In this document: piece after piece, positions 51,794-61,164 of the stretch
How positions within the stretch are numbered: position 1 is the stretch's first letter
How the letters are laid out: each line of letters begins with the position of its first letter
From: an uncultured Lachnospiraceae bacterium
GTDB lineage: Bacteria; Bacillota; Clostridia; Lachnospirales; Lachnospiraceae
Assembly: GCA_946631165.1 (NCBI GenBank)
Contig: CAMOZZ010000001.1
Span: 1-61,493 of the forward strand
Length of the DNA stretch: 61,493 bases
Direction of reading: 5' to 3'
Notes under the pieces: generated by a model
Told to the model about the DNA's origin: nothing
Database searches by the model: none
Seen by the model: only the letters and a program-made list of their open reading frames with translations
Program-made: the position numbers and the translations under genes

Positions 51794-52706
51794 TGATTTT
51801 ACTGCTCTTGACGCGATCCATTGCCGGATCCCGGAAGGATGCATTTACGGAATGGTGGGTTCAAACGGGGCCGGTAAATCCACTTTCTTAAGACTGGTAA
51901 CAGGCGTTTACAGACCGGACGCGGGATCAGTCATGATCGACGGAGAGCCGGTATATGAGAACCCGCACATCAAGGAACAGATCGCCTTTGTGCCCGATGA
52001 ACTGTATTTTATGAACGGCACATCGATGAACCGGATGGCAGATCTTTACCGGGCTGTTTATCCTGCTTTTGACAATGCGAGATTTGAATATCTGACGAAG
52101 ACTTTTGAACTGCCGGCAGGGCGGTCCGTAAACAGCTTCTCAAAGGGGATGAAACGGCAGGCTGCCATTATTCTGGCGCTGTCCACCCGCCCGAAATATA
52201 TGTTCTTTGATGAAACGTTCGACGGACTGGATCCGGTCATGAGGAACCTGGTAAAGACGCTGATCGTCAAGGATGTACTGGAGAATAAAGCAACAGCGAT
52301 CATTACCTCGCATTCCCTGCGGGAACTCGAAGATACATGCGATCAGTTGGCGCTGCTCCATAAGGGCGGCGTGGTCCTGGAAAGCGATGTGCTGAATCTG
52401 AAAACGTCGCTGTTCAAGCTTCAGGCAGCCTATTCCGGACAGTACGGCCAGGAGCGATTTGCAGGGCTGGATATTCTTCATTATGCAAAACGCGGATCGG
52501 TCGTGACGATGATCGTGAAGGGAGACCGGGAGGAGACGATCAACCGGCTGAAAGCTTCCAACCCGCTCCTGCTTGACGTGCTTCCGCTGACGCTCGAGGA
52601 AGTATTTACCTACGAACTCGAAGCGCTCGGGTATCATTTTGATGTGAACGGTTATGATTTTATAACGGAAGGAGGCGATGAGTATGCAAAAGACATGGTT
52701 CGATAA
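51759..52706 (+). CDS. ABC transporter ATP-binding protein (ABC-2 type)
   Basis: Walker A 'GSNGAGKST', signature-like 'FSKGMKRQ' and Walker B 'MFFDETFDGLD' are present. The gene overlaps the end of the GntR gene. Confidence 0.88.
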   Translation: MIQAEGLTKKFNDFTALDAIHCRIPEGCIYGMVGSNGAGKSTFLRLVTGVYRPDAGSVMIDGEPVYENPHIKEQIAFVPDELYFMNGTSMNRMADLYRAVYPAFDNARFEYLTKTFELPAGRSVNSFSKGMKRQAAIILALSTRPKYMFFDETFDGLDPVMRNLVKTLIVKDVLENKATAIITSHSLRELEDTCDQLALLHKGGVVLESDVLNLKTSLFKLQAAYSGQYGQERFAGLDILHYAKRGSVVTMIVKGDREETINRLKASNPLLLDVLPLTLEEVFTYELEALGYHFDVNGYDFITEGGDEYAKDMVR

Positions 52707-54843
52707 AGCGCTTTTTAAAGATGCGTTCAGGCAGCTCTCGGTCAGCGGACTGATCGTTCTGCTGGTCATGTGCATGCAGGCGGTCCTCCTGCCGGTCGGC
52801 ATCATCATCGCAGACCGGGGTACGGAAAGGATCATTACAAATGCATGCGGCGTGGTCGAAACGGATCCGATGGTCTTCCTGCTTTTTACCTGCGTTACGC
52901 CGCTGTTCGCGATCGCCCTGTTCCGGTTCCTGTCAAAAAGAAATGAGAGCGATTTCTATCATTCGATCCCGCAGACAAGAAGCTGCCTGTTCCTGAGTTT
53001 CTCAGCGGCAGTGATGGTATGGACCGTGATCCTGCAGTTCGTCCCGATGGTGATCGGAACCGTGATCCATTTGGCTTTTCCGGCGCATTTCAGCATTGAC
53101 TGGAAGGCTCTGGTGACCGGGAATATCATGCTGCTGACCGCGGAATTCCTGGTGCTCTCGGCAGTTCTGCTGGCAGTCACGGTAACAGGCAGTATCCTGA
53201 CCAATCTTGCGGTATCGCTGCTGATCATCTTTTTCCCGAGAGTCCTGATGATGGTGGTGAAGCTCAGTGTCGGGGGCTCGCTTACCATCGTGTCAGACAA
53301 TTATCTTTCAGCGCTTGGCAACGGATGGAACGTTGTGACCAGCCTGGTGATGGGAATCTTCGGAGAAGGATTCAATGTACTGTATTCCTTCAAAGCAGGC
53401 GCTTACACGTTCGTGCTGGCAGTGATCTACTTCCTGCTGGCGCTGGGAATGTTCGTCAAGAGACGGTCGGAGGCAGCCGGTGAAGCGTCCGTGAATCCGG
53501 TGCTGCAGCTTGTATTCAGGCTTCTGCCTGCCACCACTTACTGCCTGGTACCCACAGTCATGGCGTTTTCCTATATCGTTAACAGACCGGATCACGTCGA
53601 AGCCGCAGAGTGGTATATCGTTTTTGTCCTGTACCTCATCGGAATCCTGCTTTACTTCGTATACGAGCTGGTCACGACCAGAAAAGTGAGGAATCTCGCG
53701 AAGGCGGTGCCTGGGATCGCGATCCTGGCAGGCATACAGGTGATGATCCTGGTCGGCCTGATCGGTTTAAGGAGCAGCCTGATCTCCTATCAGCCGGAGG
53801 CGTCGGAAATTGAAGCGGTCTCCTTTATGGCTGACGATGCTTATATGTGGGATGACAGCGGGAGCGGTGAGACGCTGAGCGGATATCTTACCGGAAAAGT
53901 CGCAGACGTCAGACTGACGGAGGAACACCTGAAGGAGCTTGTTTCCAAACGGCTGAAGGAAAGTGCTGAATATGATAAATACCCGAAGCAGAGGACGGAA
54001 GCGGACAGTGATTATTTCAGCAAACAGGTCGTGATCTGGTCGGGCGGCAGGAAACACTACAGAGTCCTGCATATGAAACAGACAGATATGGCGGAGATCG
54101 CAGGTATTCTCAAAGATCATGAAGAGATCCGCAATATCTATATGAATCTGCCGGATGCAGACGGAGAGAAGGTGCGGATCACGCTGCTTAATACCATGGT
54201 GTCGAATCAGGCCATGAGCAGGAAGGCCGCGGCGGAAGCATACGAAGCGCTGAAGCAGGATGTGCAGGATATGGGCTTTGAGTCCTGGTATGAATTCTGC
54301 ATGAATGAAATGGATTACAGCACCCAGTACTACCGGCTTTATCTGCGGAGCAGGGAAGGGGATCAGTGGTCCGGATCGGTATTTCCCATCGGGAGCAGGA
54401 CGCCGAGAGCGCTGGCTGTCTGCATGGCCCATACCTATGCGACACAGCAGGAGGATATCAAAGCTGCAGCGGCGATGATCAGCGATCTTGACAAACGGTA
54501 TGCGGAAGGACAGAGCATTGAAATTACTTACCAGAATGTATTCGTTACAAAATATAATGAGAAGGGTGCGTATGTTGGTGATTATACAGCTGATCTGACA
54601 GATGAAAAAGCCAGGGAAGCTGTTCTGGGACTGCTGGAGCGTCAGAACGGGAAACCGGCAGCAGACGGCAGTTACATGCTGCTGACCGTCGATTTTGAAT
54701 GGACGGTCAATGATACGATCAATACCGAAGCTGACGGTTCCGTAAAGGATACGGACAGCCTGCATACGGTAAACTATTCCATTATCCTGGATGAGAACGG
54801 GATCGACGGGATCGATCCTGCCGTGTTTGAAACGGCCGGATAA
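52684..54843 (+). CDS. Large membrane protein (ABC-2 permease-like N-terminal half plus a ~350-aa soluble C-terminal half)
   Basis: About 8-10 TM segments occupy the first ~370 aa, and the rest is hydrophilic with no motif I recognise. The ATG at 52684 lies 8 nt after GGAGG. Confidence 0.6.
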   Translation: MQKTWFDKALFKDAFRQLSVSGLIVLLVMCMQAVLLPVGIIIADRGTERIITNACGVVETDPMVFLLFTCVTPLFAIALFRFLSKRNESDFYHSIPQTRSCLFLSFSAAVMVWTVILQFVPMVIGTVIHLAFPAHFSIDWKALVTGNIMLLTAEFLVLSAVLLAVTVTGSILTNLAVSLLIIFFPRVLMMVVKLSVGGSLTIVSDNYLSALGNGWNVVTSLVMGIFGEGFNVLYSFKAGAYTFVLAVIYFLLALGMFVKRRSEAAGEASVNPVLQLVFRLLPATTYCLVPTVMAFSYIVNRPDHVEAAEWYIVFVLYLIGILLYFVYELVTTRKVRNLAKAVPGIAILAGIQVMILVGLIGLRSSLISYQPEASEIEAVSFMADDAYMWDDSGSGETLSGYLTGKVADVRLTEEHLKELVSKRLKESAEYDKYPKQRTEADSDYFSKQVVIWSGGRKHYRVLHMKQTDMAEIAGILKDHEEIRNIYMNLPDADGEKVRITLLNTMVSNQAMSRKAAAEAYEALKQDVQDMGFESWYEFCMNEMDYSTQYYRLYLRSREGDQWSGSVFPIGSRTPRALAVCMAHTYATQQEDIKAAAAMISDLDKRYAEGQSIEITYQNVFVTKYNEKGAYVGDYTADLTDEKAREAVLGLLERQNGKPAADGSYMLLTVDFEWTVNDTINTEADGSVKDTDSLHTVNYSIILDENGIDGIDPAVFETAG

Positions 54844-54850
54844 GCGGGGT

Positions 54851-54938
54851 GGACACCGGGGACGGTTCTTGTGTATCTGTCCCCGGTGTACTAAAAAAAA
54901 CACCGGGGACAGATACACAAGAACCGTCCCTGGTGTCC
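54851..54938. terminator. 38-bp-arm palindrome / bidirectional terminator
   Basis: The arms are GGACACCGGGGACGGTTCTTGTGTATCTGTCCCCGGTG (54851-54888) and CACCGGGGACAGATACACAAGAACCGTCCCTGGTGTCC (54901-54938), with one mismatch. The loop is TACTAAAAAAAA. Confidence 0.7.
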
Positions 54939-54947
54939 GCTATTGAT

Positions 54948-56120
54948 TCAGATCCTTGCTACGCCGCTTCTTCTTGCGGCATCCGCGGCTGCTTTTGCCA
55001 GCGCATCTTTGACCCTCGGATCGAATGCCTTCGGGAGGATATAATCTGCGCAGAGCTCGTCCGGAGAGATAATATCCGCAAGCGCATGCGCGCAGGCAAG
55101 CTTCATCTCGTCGTTGATATCGGATGCTCTTACGTCCAGCGCGCCTCTGAAGAGGCCGGGGAAGCAGAGAACATTGTTGAGCTGGTTCGGGAAGTCGGAT
55201 CTGCCTGTGCATACCACGGCAGCGCCGGCTGCTTTTGCTTCATCAGGGAAGATCTCGGGCGTAGGATTCGCGCAGGCGAAGATGATCGGATCCTTTGCCA
55301 TCCTGCGGACCATATCAGGTTTCAGCAGGCCGGGGGCGGATACGCCGAGGAACAGGTCGGCGCCGTCGATCACATCGTTCAGCGTACCTTTCTTCATTTC
55401 ACGGTTCGTCACCTTTGCCATTTCTTCCAGAGCAGGGGAATTGGCGGGTCTTCCCTCGTAAACAACGCCGTCGATATCGGTCATGATGACATCTTTCAGA
55501 CCGGCCTTCATCAGCATTTTGACGATCGCTGTTCCGGCAGAACCGGCGCCGGAGGTGACCAGTCTGATATCTTCGATCTTCTTGCCGACCACTTTCAGGG
55601 CGTTGATCACGCCGGCCAGCGCGATGACGGCTGTGCCGTGCTGATCGTCATGGAAGATCGGGATATCGCAGCGTTCCTTCAGCTTTCTTTCGATCTCGAA
55701 GCATCTTGGTGCGGAAATATCTTCCAGATTGATGCCCCCGAAGGATCCGGAAAGAAGATAGACAGTCTCGACGATCGTATCGACATCCTTTGATTTGATG
55801 CAGAGCGGTACGGCGTCCACATCGCCGAAGGCTTTAAAGAGCACGCATTTTCCTTCCATAACGGGCATGCCGGCTACGGGACCGATATCGCCCAGGCCGA
55901 GGATGGCAGTTCCGTCTGTTACAACGGCTACGGTGTTCCAGCGGCGGGTCAGCTCATAGCTTAAGCTCTCATCTTTCTGGATCGCCAGGCAGGGCTCTGC
56001 AACGCCGGGCGTATAGGCAAGGCTTAATTTTTCGGATGTGTCAACACTGGTACGGAGCTTCGTTTCGATCTTTCCGCGCAGTTCGTAGTGGAGTTTCAGG
56101 GATTCTTCACGGACATTCAT
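54948..56120 (-). CDS. NAD(P)-dependent malic enzyme (short form)
   Basis: '[11 protein letters not shown]', '[11 protein letters not shown]' and the dinucleotide-binding segment '[10 protein letters not shown]' are present, with an AAGAGG RBS. Confidence 0.9.
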   Translation of the reverse strand: MNVREESLKLHYELRGKIETKLRTSVDTSEKLSLAYTPGVAEPCLAIQKDESLSYELTRRWNTVAVVTDGTAILGLGDIGPVAGMPVMEGKCVLFKAFGDVDAVPLCIKSKDVDTIVETVYLLSGSFGGINLEDISAPRCFEIERKLKERCDIPIFHDDQHGTAVIALAGVINALKVVGKKIEDIRLVTSGAGSAGTAIVKMLMKAGLKDVIMTDIDGVVYEGRPANSPALEEMAKVTNREMKKGTLNDVIDGADLFLGVSAPGLLKPDMVRRMAKDPIIFACANPTPEIFPDEAKAAGAAVVCTGRSDFPNQLNNVLCFPGLFRGALDVRASDINDEMKLACAHALADIISPDELCADYILPKAFDPRVKDALAKAAADAARRSGVARI

Positions 56121-56205
56121 TTGTATTACCTCTTATTAATAGTAAAGAATAAACGGGCTTCCTGATTTTAACATGGGACAGTATGAATGTAAAGCAACAG
56201 TCTGC

Positions 56206-57588
56206 TTATTCCCCGGCCATTTCTTCGGGATGGAACACCTCGTCAAATCTTTCGGCAGAAAGGAATCCGAGACGGACGCAGGCTTCCTTCAGCGAGCAGT
56301 TGTTCGCGTATGCATATTTCGCCGTCTTCGCCGCATTTTCATAGCCGATATACGGATTCAGCGCAGTGACCAGCATGAGAGAGTTGTGCAGGTTGTCATG
56401 CATCTTTTCGGGATCAGCCTTGATTCCGGCAGCGCAGTTGTTATTAAAGGAAATGATCGACTCGGCGAGCAGCCTGACAGACTGCAGGAAATTGTACGCC
56501 ATGACAGGCATGAATACATTCAGCTCGAAATTGCCCTGGGATGCCGCGAAACCGATCGCTGCGTCGTTCCCCATGACCTGCACCGCGACCATGGTGACCT
56601 GTTCGCACTGGGTGGGATTGACTTTGCCGGGCATGATGGAACTGCCGGGCTCATTTTCGGGGATCTTTATCTCGCCGAGACCGCAGCGCGGGCCGCTGGC
56701 AAGCCACCGGATATCATTGGCGATCTTCATCATATCGCAGGCGAGGGCCTTTACGGCGCCGTGCGCAAAGACAAGTTCATCTTTTGATGTGAGCGCATGA
56801 TATTTATTTTCCGCGGTATTGAAGTTGTGACCGGTAATCGCGGAAATCTTTTCAGCCACCAGGGAATCAAAACCTGCCGGCGCATTCAGACCGGTGCCGA
56901 CGGCGGTCCCGCCGAGTGCAAGCGCACAGAGGGGCGGAAGGGAGCGGCGGATGAGTTCGGCATCCTTTTCCAGAGATGCCCTCCAGCCGCTGATCTCCTG
57001 CGCGAAGCTGATCGGAACAGCGTCCTGCAGATGCGTGCGCCCGCTCTTGATCATCCCTTTGTTTTCTTTCTCCAGTCTGCAGAACGTTTCGGAAAGGAGC
57101 GCGATCGCCGGGAGCAGCTTTTCTTCCAGCGCCAGAACAGCGGCGATATGCATCGCCGTGGGATAAGTGTCGTTGGACGACTGGCTCATATTCACATCAT
57201 CATTCGGGTGGAGGATCTTTTTTCCCGCGATCTCATTGCCGCGGTTGGCAATCACTTCGTTTGTGTTCATATTGGACTGCGTCCCGGAACCGGTCTGCCA
57301 TACGACCAGCGGGAAGTGATCCGAAAGTTCCCCGGCGATCACCTCGTCCGCGGCAGAACATACTGCGGCAAGCTTATCGTCCGTCATTTTCTCCGGACGC
57401 AGTTCGTGGTTCGCGAGTGCTGCGGCTTTTTTTAATATGCCGAAGGCATGGATGATCTCTGCAGGCATGGTCTCCAGCCCGACGCCGATCCGGAAGTTTT
57501 CCGAGCTTCTCTGTGTCTGGGCGCCCCAGTATCTGTCAGCAGGCACCTGTATCTCACCCATGGAATCGTGTTCTGTTCTGGTATTCAT
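56206..57588 (-). CDS. fumC: Class II fumarate hydratase
   Basis: The signature 'GSSIMPGKVNPTQCE' is present and the 460-aa length fits. An AAAGGAGA RBS precedes the start. Confidence 0.95.
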   Translation of the reverse strand: MNTRTEHDSMGEIQVPADRYWGAQTQRSSENFRIGVGLETMPAEIIHAFGILKKAAALANHELRPEKMTDDKLAAVCSAADEVIAGELSDHFPLVVWQTGSGTQSNMNTNEVIANRGNEIAGKKILHPNDDVNMSQSSNDTYPTAMHIAAVLALEEKLLPAIALLSETFCRLEKENKGMIKSGRTHLQDAVPISFAQEISGWRASLEKDAELIRRSLPPLCALALGGTAVGTGLNAPAGFDSLVAEKISAITGHNFNTAENKYHALTSKDELVFAHGAVKALACDMMKIANDIRWLASGPRCGLGEIKIPENEPGSSIMPGKVNPTQCEQVTMVAVQVMGNDAAIGFAASQGNFELNVFMPVMAYNFLQSVRLLAESIISFNNNCAAGIKADPEKMHDNLHNSLMLVTALNPYIGYENAAKTAKYAYANNCSLKEACVRLGFLSAERFDEVFHPEEMAGE

Positions 57589-57680
57589 ATGGATCTCCTT
57601 TGTTTGCAGGCAGGGTCTGTAAATCAGCCGGTTATGAAATAAGAATAATTCAAACAGGCCTGTTCTGCAAGATTGAACTT

Positions 57681-58532
57681 TCAGACAAACTGATACCGGT
57701 TCCGGTATTCCAGAGGGCTTAAGCCGACTCTCTTTTTGAAAGTCCTTGTAAAATGATTCTTATCTGTGAAACCGACAGCTTCGGAAATCTCCTTAATGGA
57801 TAGAGACGTGCTGTTCAGCAGATTCTGTGCTTCTCCGATCCGTCTCGAGACCATGTAGTCGATCGGGGAAACGCCGTAAGCTTCCTTCATGACATGAACG
57901 ATATGATACTTATTCACAAAAAATAAATCCGCAATATCATCCAGGGTCAGCTTCTCCGCATAATGTTCGTCGATATATCGTTTCACCTGTTCGGGAAGAA
58001 CGTGTTTCCGATGGGCCAGTTTTGTCTTCCCAAGCGCGGAAAGACGGGAGACGGTTATACGGATCAATTCGGCATAAAGAAGAGAAGAGGACTCATAATA
58101 GGCGGGTTTATTCAGGGCTTCGCTGTACAGCTGATGGAACAGGCCGCGTATGATGTGCTCGCTGGTCCCGGAAGTGAAAACAGGAACTACATCAGAGGGA
58201 AGGAGCTGGTTTACGGACAGCAGATCTGTTCTGCGTGTCTGAATCGCCAGATTCCATGATACCAGAGGCGTTTCGGGATCACTCCGCTGAAGATGCGCCA
58301 CGCCGCTGTTGATGAGAATGATATCGCCGGCTTTGATGGAGTAGAGTGCCTGATCCACAATATATTCGCCGCGGCCGCTTTCTATATAAATAATTTCACA
58401 GTGGTCATCGTGTTTGTGAAGCATCTGCTTCCAGTCAGGCATTTCATTATAATAGGTAAGCCGTACGATTTTTTGGACACAGAACCGGTTCCTGTAATTA
58501 TTCAGGTCTATTTCACTTGCCAGATGCTGCAT
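57681..58532 (-). CDS. AraC family transcriptional regulator (cupin plus HTH)
   Basis: The cupin segment is 'HKHDDHCEIIYIESGRG'. The C-terminal HTH ends in 'FKKRVGLSPLEYR'. An AAGGAGG RBS precedes the start. Confidence 0.88.
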   Translation of the reverse strand: MQHLASEIDLNNYRNRFCVQKIVRLTYYNEMPDWKQMLHKHDDHCEIIYIESGRGEYIVDQALYSIKAGDIILINSGVAHLQRSDPETPLVSWNLAIQTRRTDLLSVNQLLPSDVVPVFTSGTSEHIIRGLFHQLYSEALNKPAYYESSSLLYAELIRITVSRLSALGKTKLAHRKHVLPEQVKRYIDEHYAEKLTLDDIADLFFVNKYHIVHVMKEAYGVSPIDYMVSRRIGEAQNLLNSTSLSIKEISEAVGFTDKNHFTRTFKKRVGLSPLEYRNRYQFV

Positions 58533-58832
58533 TTTCAGCCTCCTTTACAACGCATTCTCCGGGTCCCTGCGGCAACGTTGGGAAAATAATAACAATTTAG
58601 GCCAATTTTGTCAACGTAATGCGCAAAAAACAACTAAATTAACAGAATAAAGAACAACATAAGCCTGTAAATACCGCAATATATGCAGGCAATATGCCAA
58701 TATTTTTCATGCCAAAAATGGTATAAAGATAAATATAAGTGTTAAAAGGCTGAAGGATCAGTGCCCGGAACCAATGCGGACTGCCGCAATTGTTGTTTGA
58801 TAAAACTGGTTCAGCAGATGAGGGCATGGCAG

Positions 58833-59132
58833 ATGGGTTTCTTAAAAAGGAATTACAAGCACGTGATCGGCTCGCTGATCATCCTTATCCTGATTGAGCT
58901 TGCCGTTGTTTATTACATAACGACACAGTTCCATGAAAAGTATATCAGGAAAGACGAAGCAGTGGGACTGGTGCTTGAAAAAGAAGGCGTTGAAGAAGAA
59001 GACATTTCCAATCTTAAAGTGAAGCTGAAGACGAAGAGCGGAGATGCGTGGTATGAGATCAGCTTTGAAAAAGAGGGCACAGACTGCAGTTATAAAATAG
59101 ATGCGGAAAACGGGGAATTCCGGTCAGATTAA
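58833..59132 (+). CDS. Small membrane-anchored PepSY-like protein
   Basis: One TM segment ('VIGSLIILILIELAVVYYI') is followed by a PepSY-like 'GDAWYEISFEKEGTDCSYKIDAENGE' segment. The start is uncertain (58818 or 58833). Confidence 0.5.
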   Translation: MGFLKRNYKHVIGSLIILILIELAVVYYITTQFHEKYIRKDEAVGLVLEKEGVEEEDISNLKVKLKTKSGDAWYEISFEKEGTDCSYKIDAENGEFRSD

Positions 59133-59173
59133 AGACCGGAATATCCGTGATCATAGAAAAAGGAGGAATTCAG

Positions 59174-59737
59174 ATGAAAGCAGTAAGGTGGCTGGATGAG
59201 CATTTTGAAGAAGTCATTCTTGTGGTTCTTCTTGTACTCATCGCCTGTATTGAACTGATACAGGTTGTTTTCCGGAATATCAGTGCCGTGGAAGCGTTGA
59301 CATGGCCTGAGGAATTCTGTCGTTTCTGCTGGATTTGGAGTGTGTTTATTTCACTCCCTTACACAATCCGCAAAGGCAGTATGCTCCGGGTTAATGTTCT
59401 GGTGGATATGACGCCGATGGTGATCAGAAAGATCGTTAATATTGCGGTCGATCTGATCAACACCATTGTGATGGCAGTTCTCCTGTATCACTCATGGAGT
59501 GTTGTACAGGGCGTTAAAGAGACCGGAGAAGCATCCCCGGCCATGACGTGGCCCATGTGGATCATCTACATCGTCCTGCTTATCGGATTCGCGCTTGGCG
59601 CGGTTCGCGGGATCCAGATGGCGATCATCCATATTATGCATTTCGGTGAGAAAGAGCTTACCACACTTGAACAGACTATGGCTGACGCGGCTGAAGAAGC
59701 CGAGGCCGGAAAAAGAGCGGAAGGAGGAAAGGCATAA
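59174..59737 (+). CDS. TRAP transporter small permease (DctQ-type), second locus
   Basis: 4 TM segments and the 'WPEEFCR' motif are present. The ATG at 59174 follows AGGAGG, and a TAATG overlap links it to the next gene. Confidence 0.85.
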   Translation: MKAVRWLDEHFEEVILVVLLVLIACIELIQVVFRNISAVEALTWPEEFCRFCWIWSVFISLPYTIRKGSMLRVNVLVDMTPMVIRKIVNIAVDLINTIVMAVLLYHSWSVVQGVKETGEASPAMTWPMWIIYIVLLIGFALGAVRGIQMAIIHIMHFGEKELTTLEQTMADAAEEAEAGKRAEGGKA

Positions 59738-61029
59738 TGGCATCAGCGGCATTACTTGTATTTGTTGTTTTCCTGGTAGGCATTGCCGTTTCCATTCCGA
59801 TCGGAACGTCAATGGTCCTGGGTTCTCTTGCTCCCATTCTTCTTATGGGCAAGGGCGGTTCTATTGCCCAGGTGCTGAATAACACCTTCTCAGGTGCGAA
59901 CTCTACGCCAATCCTTGCTGTTCCGCTGTTCATCCTGGGCGGCGTTATCATGGCAGAGGGCGGCATTTCCAAGAAGCTTTTCAACTTCTTCGCTTACTTT
60001 GTCGGCAGGCTCCCCGGCGGTGTTCCCTGCGCGGTCATCCTTACCTGCCTGTTCTACGGTGCGATTTCCGGTTCCGGTCCTGCTACCACTGCTGCTGTCG
60101 GTTCCATGTGTATTCCTTTCATGGTTTCCCTCGGCTATGAGAAGAGGTGGAGCGCCGGTCTGATTGCCGTCGCCGGCGGCCTTGGTGTTATCATCCCGCC
60201 GTCGATCCCGTTTGTTCTGTATTCCCTCGCTACCGGTGTATCCACGGGCGCCCTTTTCCTGGGCGGTATTTTCCCGGGTATCCTGATCGGTCTGTTCATG
60301 ATGGTCTACGCTGTTTTCTACTGCAAGACCAAAGGCGAGAACCGTGCACTCATCAATCAGAAGATGGCTGAACTGAAGGGCAATGGTTTCTGGGCACTGT
60401 TCAAGGAAAGCTTCTGGGCGCTTCTGTGCCCGATCATCGTTCTGGGCGGCATCTATGCCGGTTTTGTAACACCTACGGAAGCTGCTGTTGTGTCCGTGTT
60501 CTATGCCCTGATCGTTTCCCTTTTCATCTATCGCTCGGTGCATATTAAAGACCTCATCCCCATGCTTTGCTCCTCTGTCAAGACTTATGCCGGCCTGGCA
60601 TTCGTGCTTGCTTTCGCGACAGCATTCGGACGTGTTCTTTCCCTTACCAAGGCGACTGCGACAGTTACCAATTTCCTGACCGACAACTTCCATACCAGCT
60701 GGACGGTACTTACGGTTCTCGTTATCATCTTCCTGCTGCTCGGCATGGTCATGGATACCGGTCCTGCGATCATCATCCTTGCACCCGTTCTGCTTCCTGC
60801 AGTACAGGAACTTGGCGTACACGATGTACACTTCGGTGTTATCCTGGTCTGCTGCCTGTCGATCGGTCTTGCGACACCGCCGTTCGGCCTGGATCTGTTC
60901 GTTGCCGGTAATCTTTCGGATGAGCCGCCTATGGGCGTTGCAAAAAAAGCGATTCCTTTCATCATCGCTTTCCTGATCGCGCTCTTCCTGATCACCTATA
61001 TACAGTGGTTCTCCACTGCCCTGCTGTAA
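59737..61029 (+). CDS. TRAP transporter large permease (DctM-type), second locus
   Basis: 430 aa. By eye it is roughly 60 percent identical to the 47165-48454 product over the aligned blocks I compared ('LFYGAISGSGPATTAAVG', 'GVIIPPSIPFV'). Confidence 0.9.
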   Translation: MASAALLVFVVFLVGIAVSIPIGTSMVLGSLAPILLMGKGGSIAQVLNNTFSGANSTPILAVPLFILGGVIMAEGGISKKLFNFFAYFVGRLPGGVPCAVILTCLFYGAISGSGPATTAAVGSMCIPFMVSLGYEKRWSAGLIAVAGGLGVIIPPSIPFVLYSLATGVSTGALFLGGIFPGILIGLFMMVYAVFYCKTKGENRALINQKMAELKGNGFWALFKESFWALLCPIIVLGGIYAGFVTPTEAAVVSVFYALIVSLFIYRSVHIKDLIPMLCSSVKTYAGLAFVLAFATAFGRVLSLTKATATVTNFLTDNFHTSWTVLTVLVIIFLLLGMVMDTGPAIIILAPVLLPAVQELGVHDVHFGVILVCCLSIGLATPPFGLDLFVAGNLSDEPPMGVAKKAIPFIIAFLIALFLITYIQWFSTALL

Positions 61030-61164
61030 GTATAAAAGAACAGGGTTCTTTCATCGACGTTTGTGAAAATGCTCTTGCAAGCAGGCATTTTCCCTGCACT
61101 GTAAAATGATGTTAACCGCCGGACAGGCGGATAGCATAAATACAATTCCAAGGAGGAATGTTTT

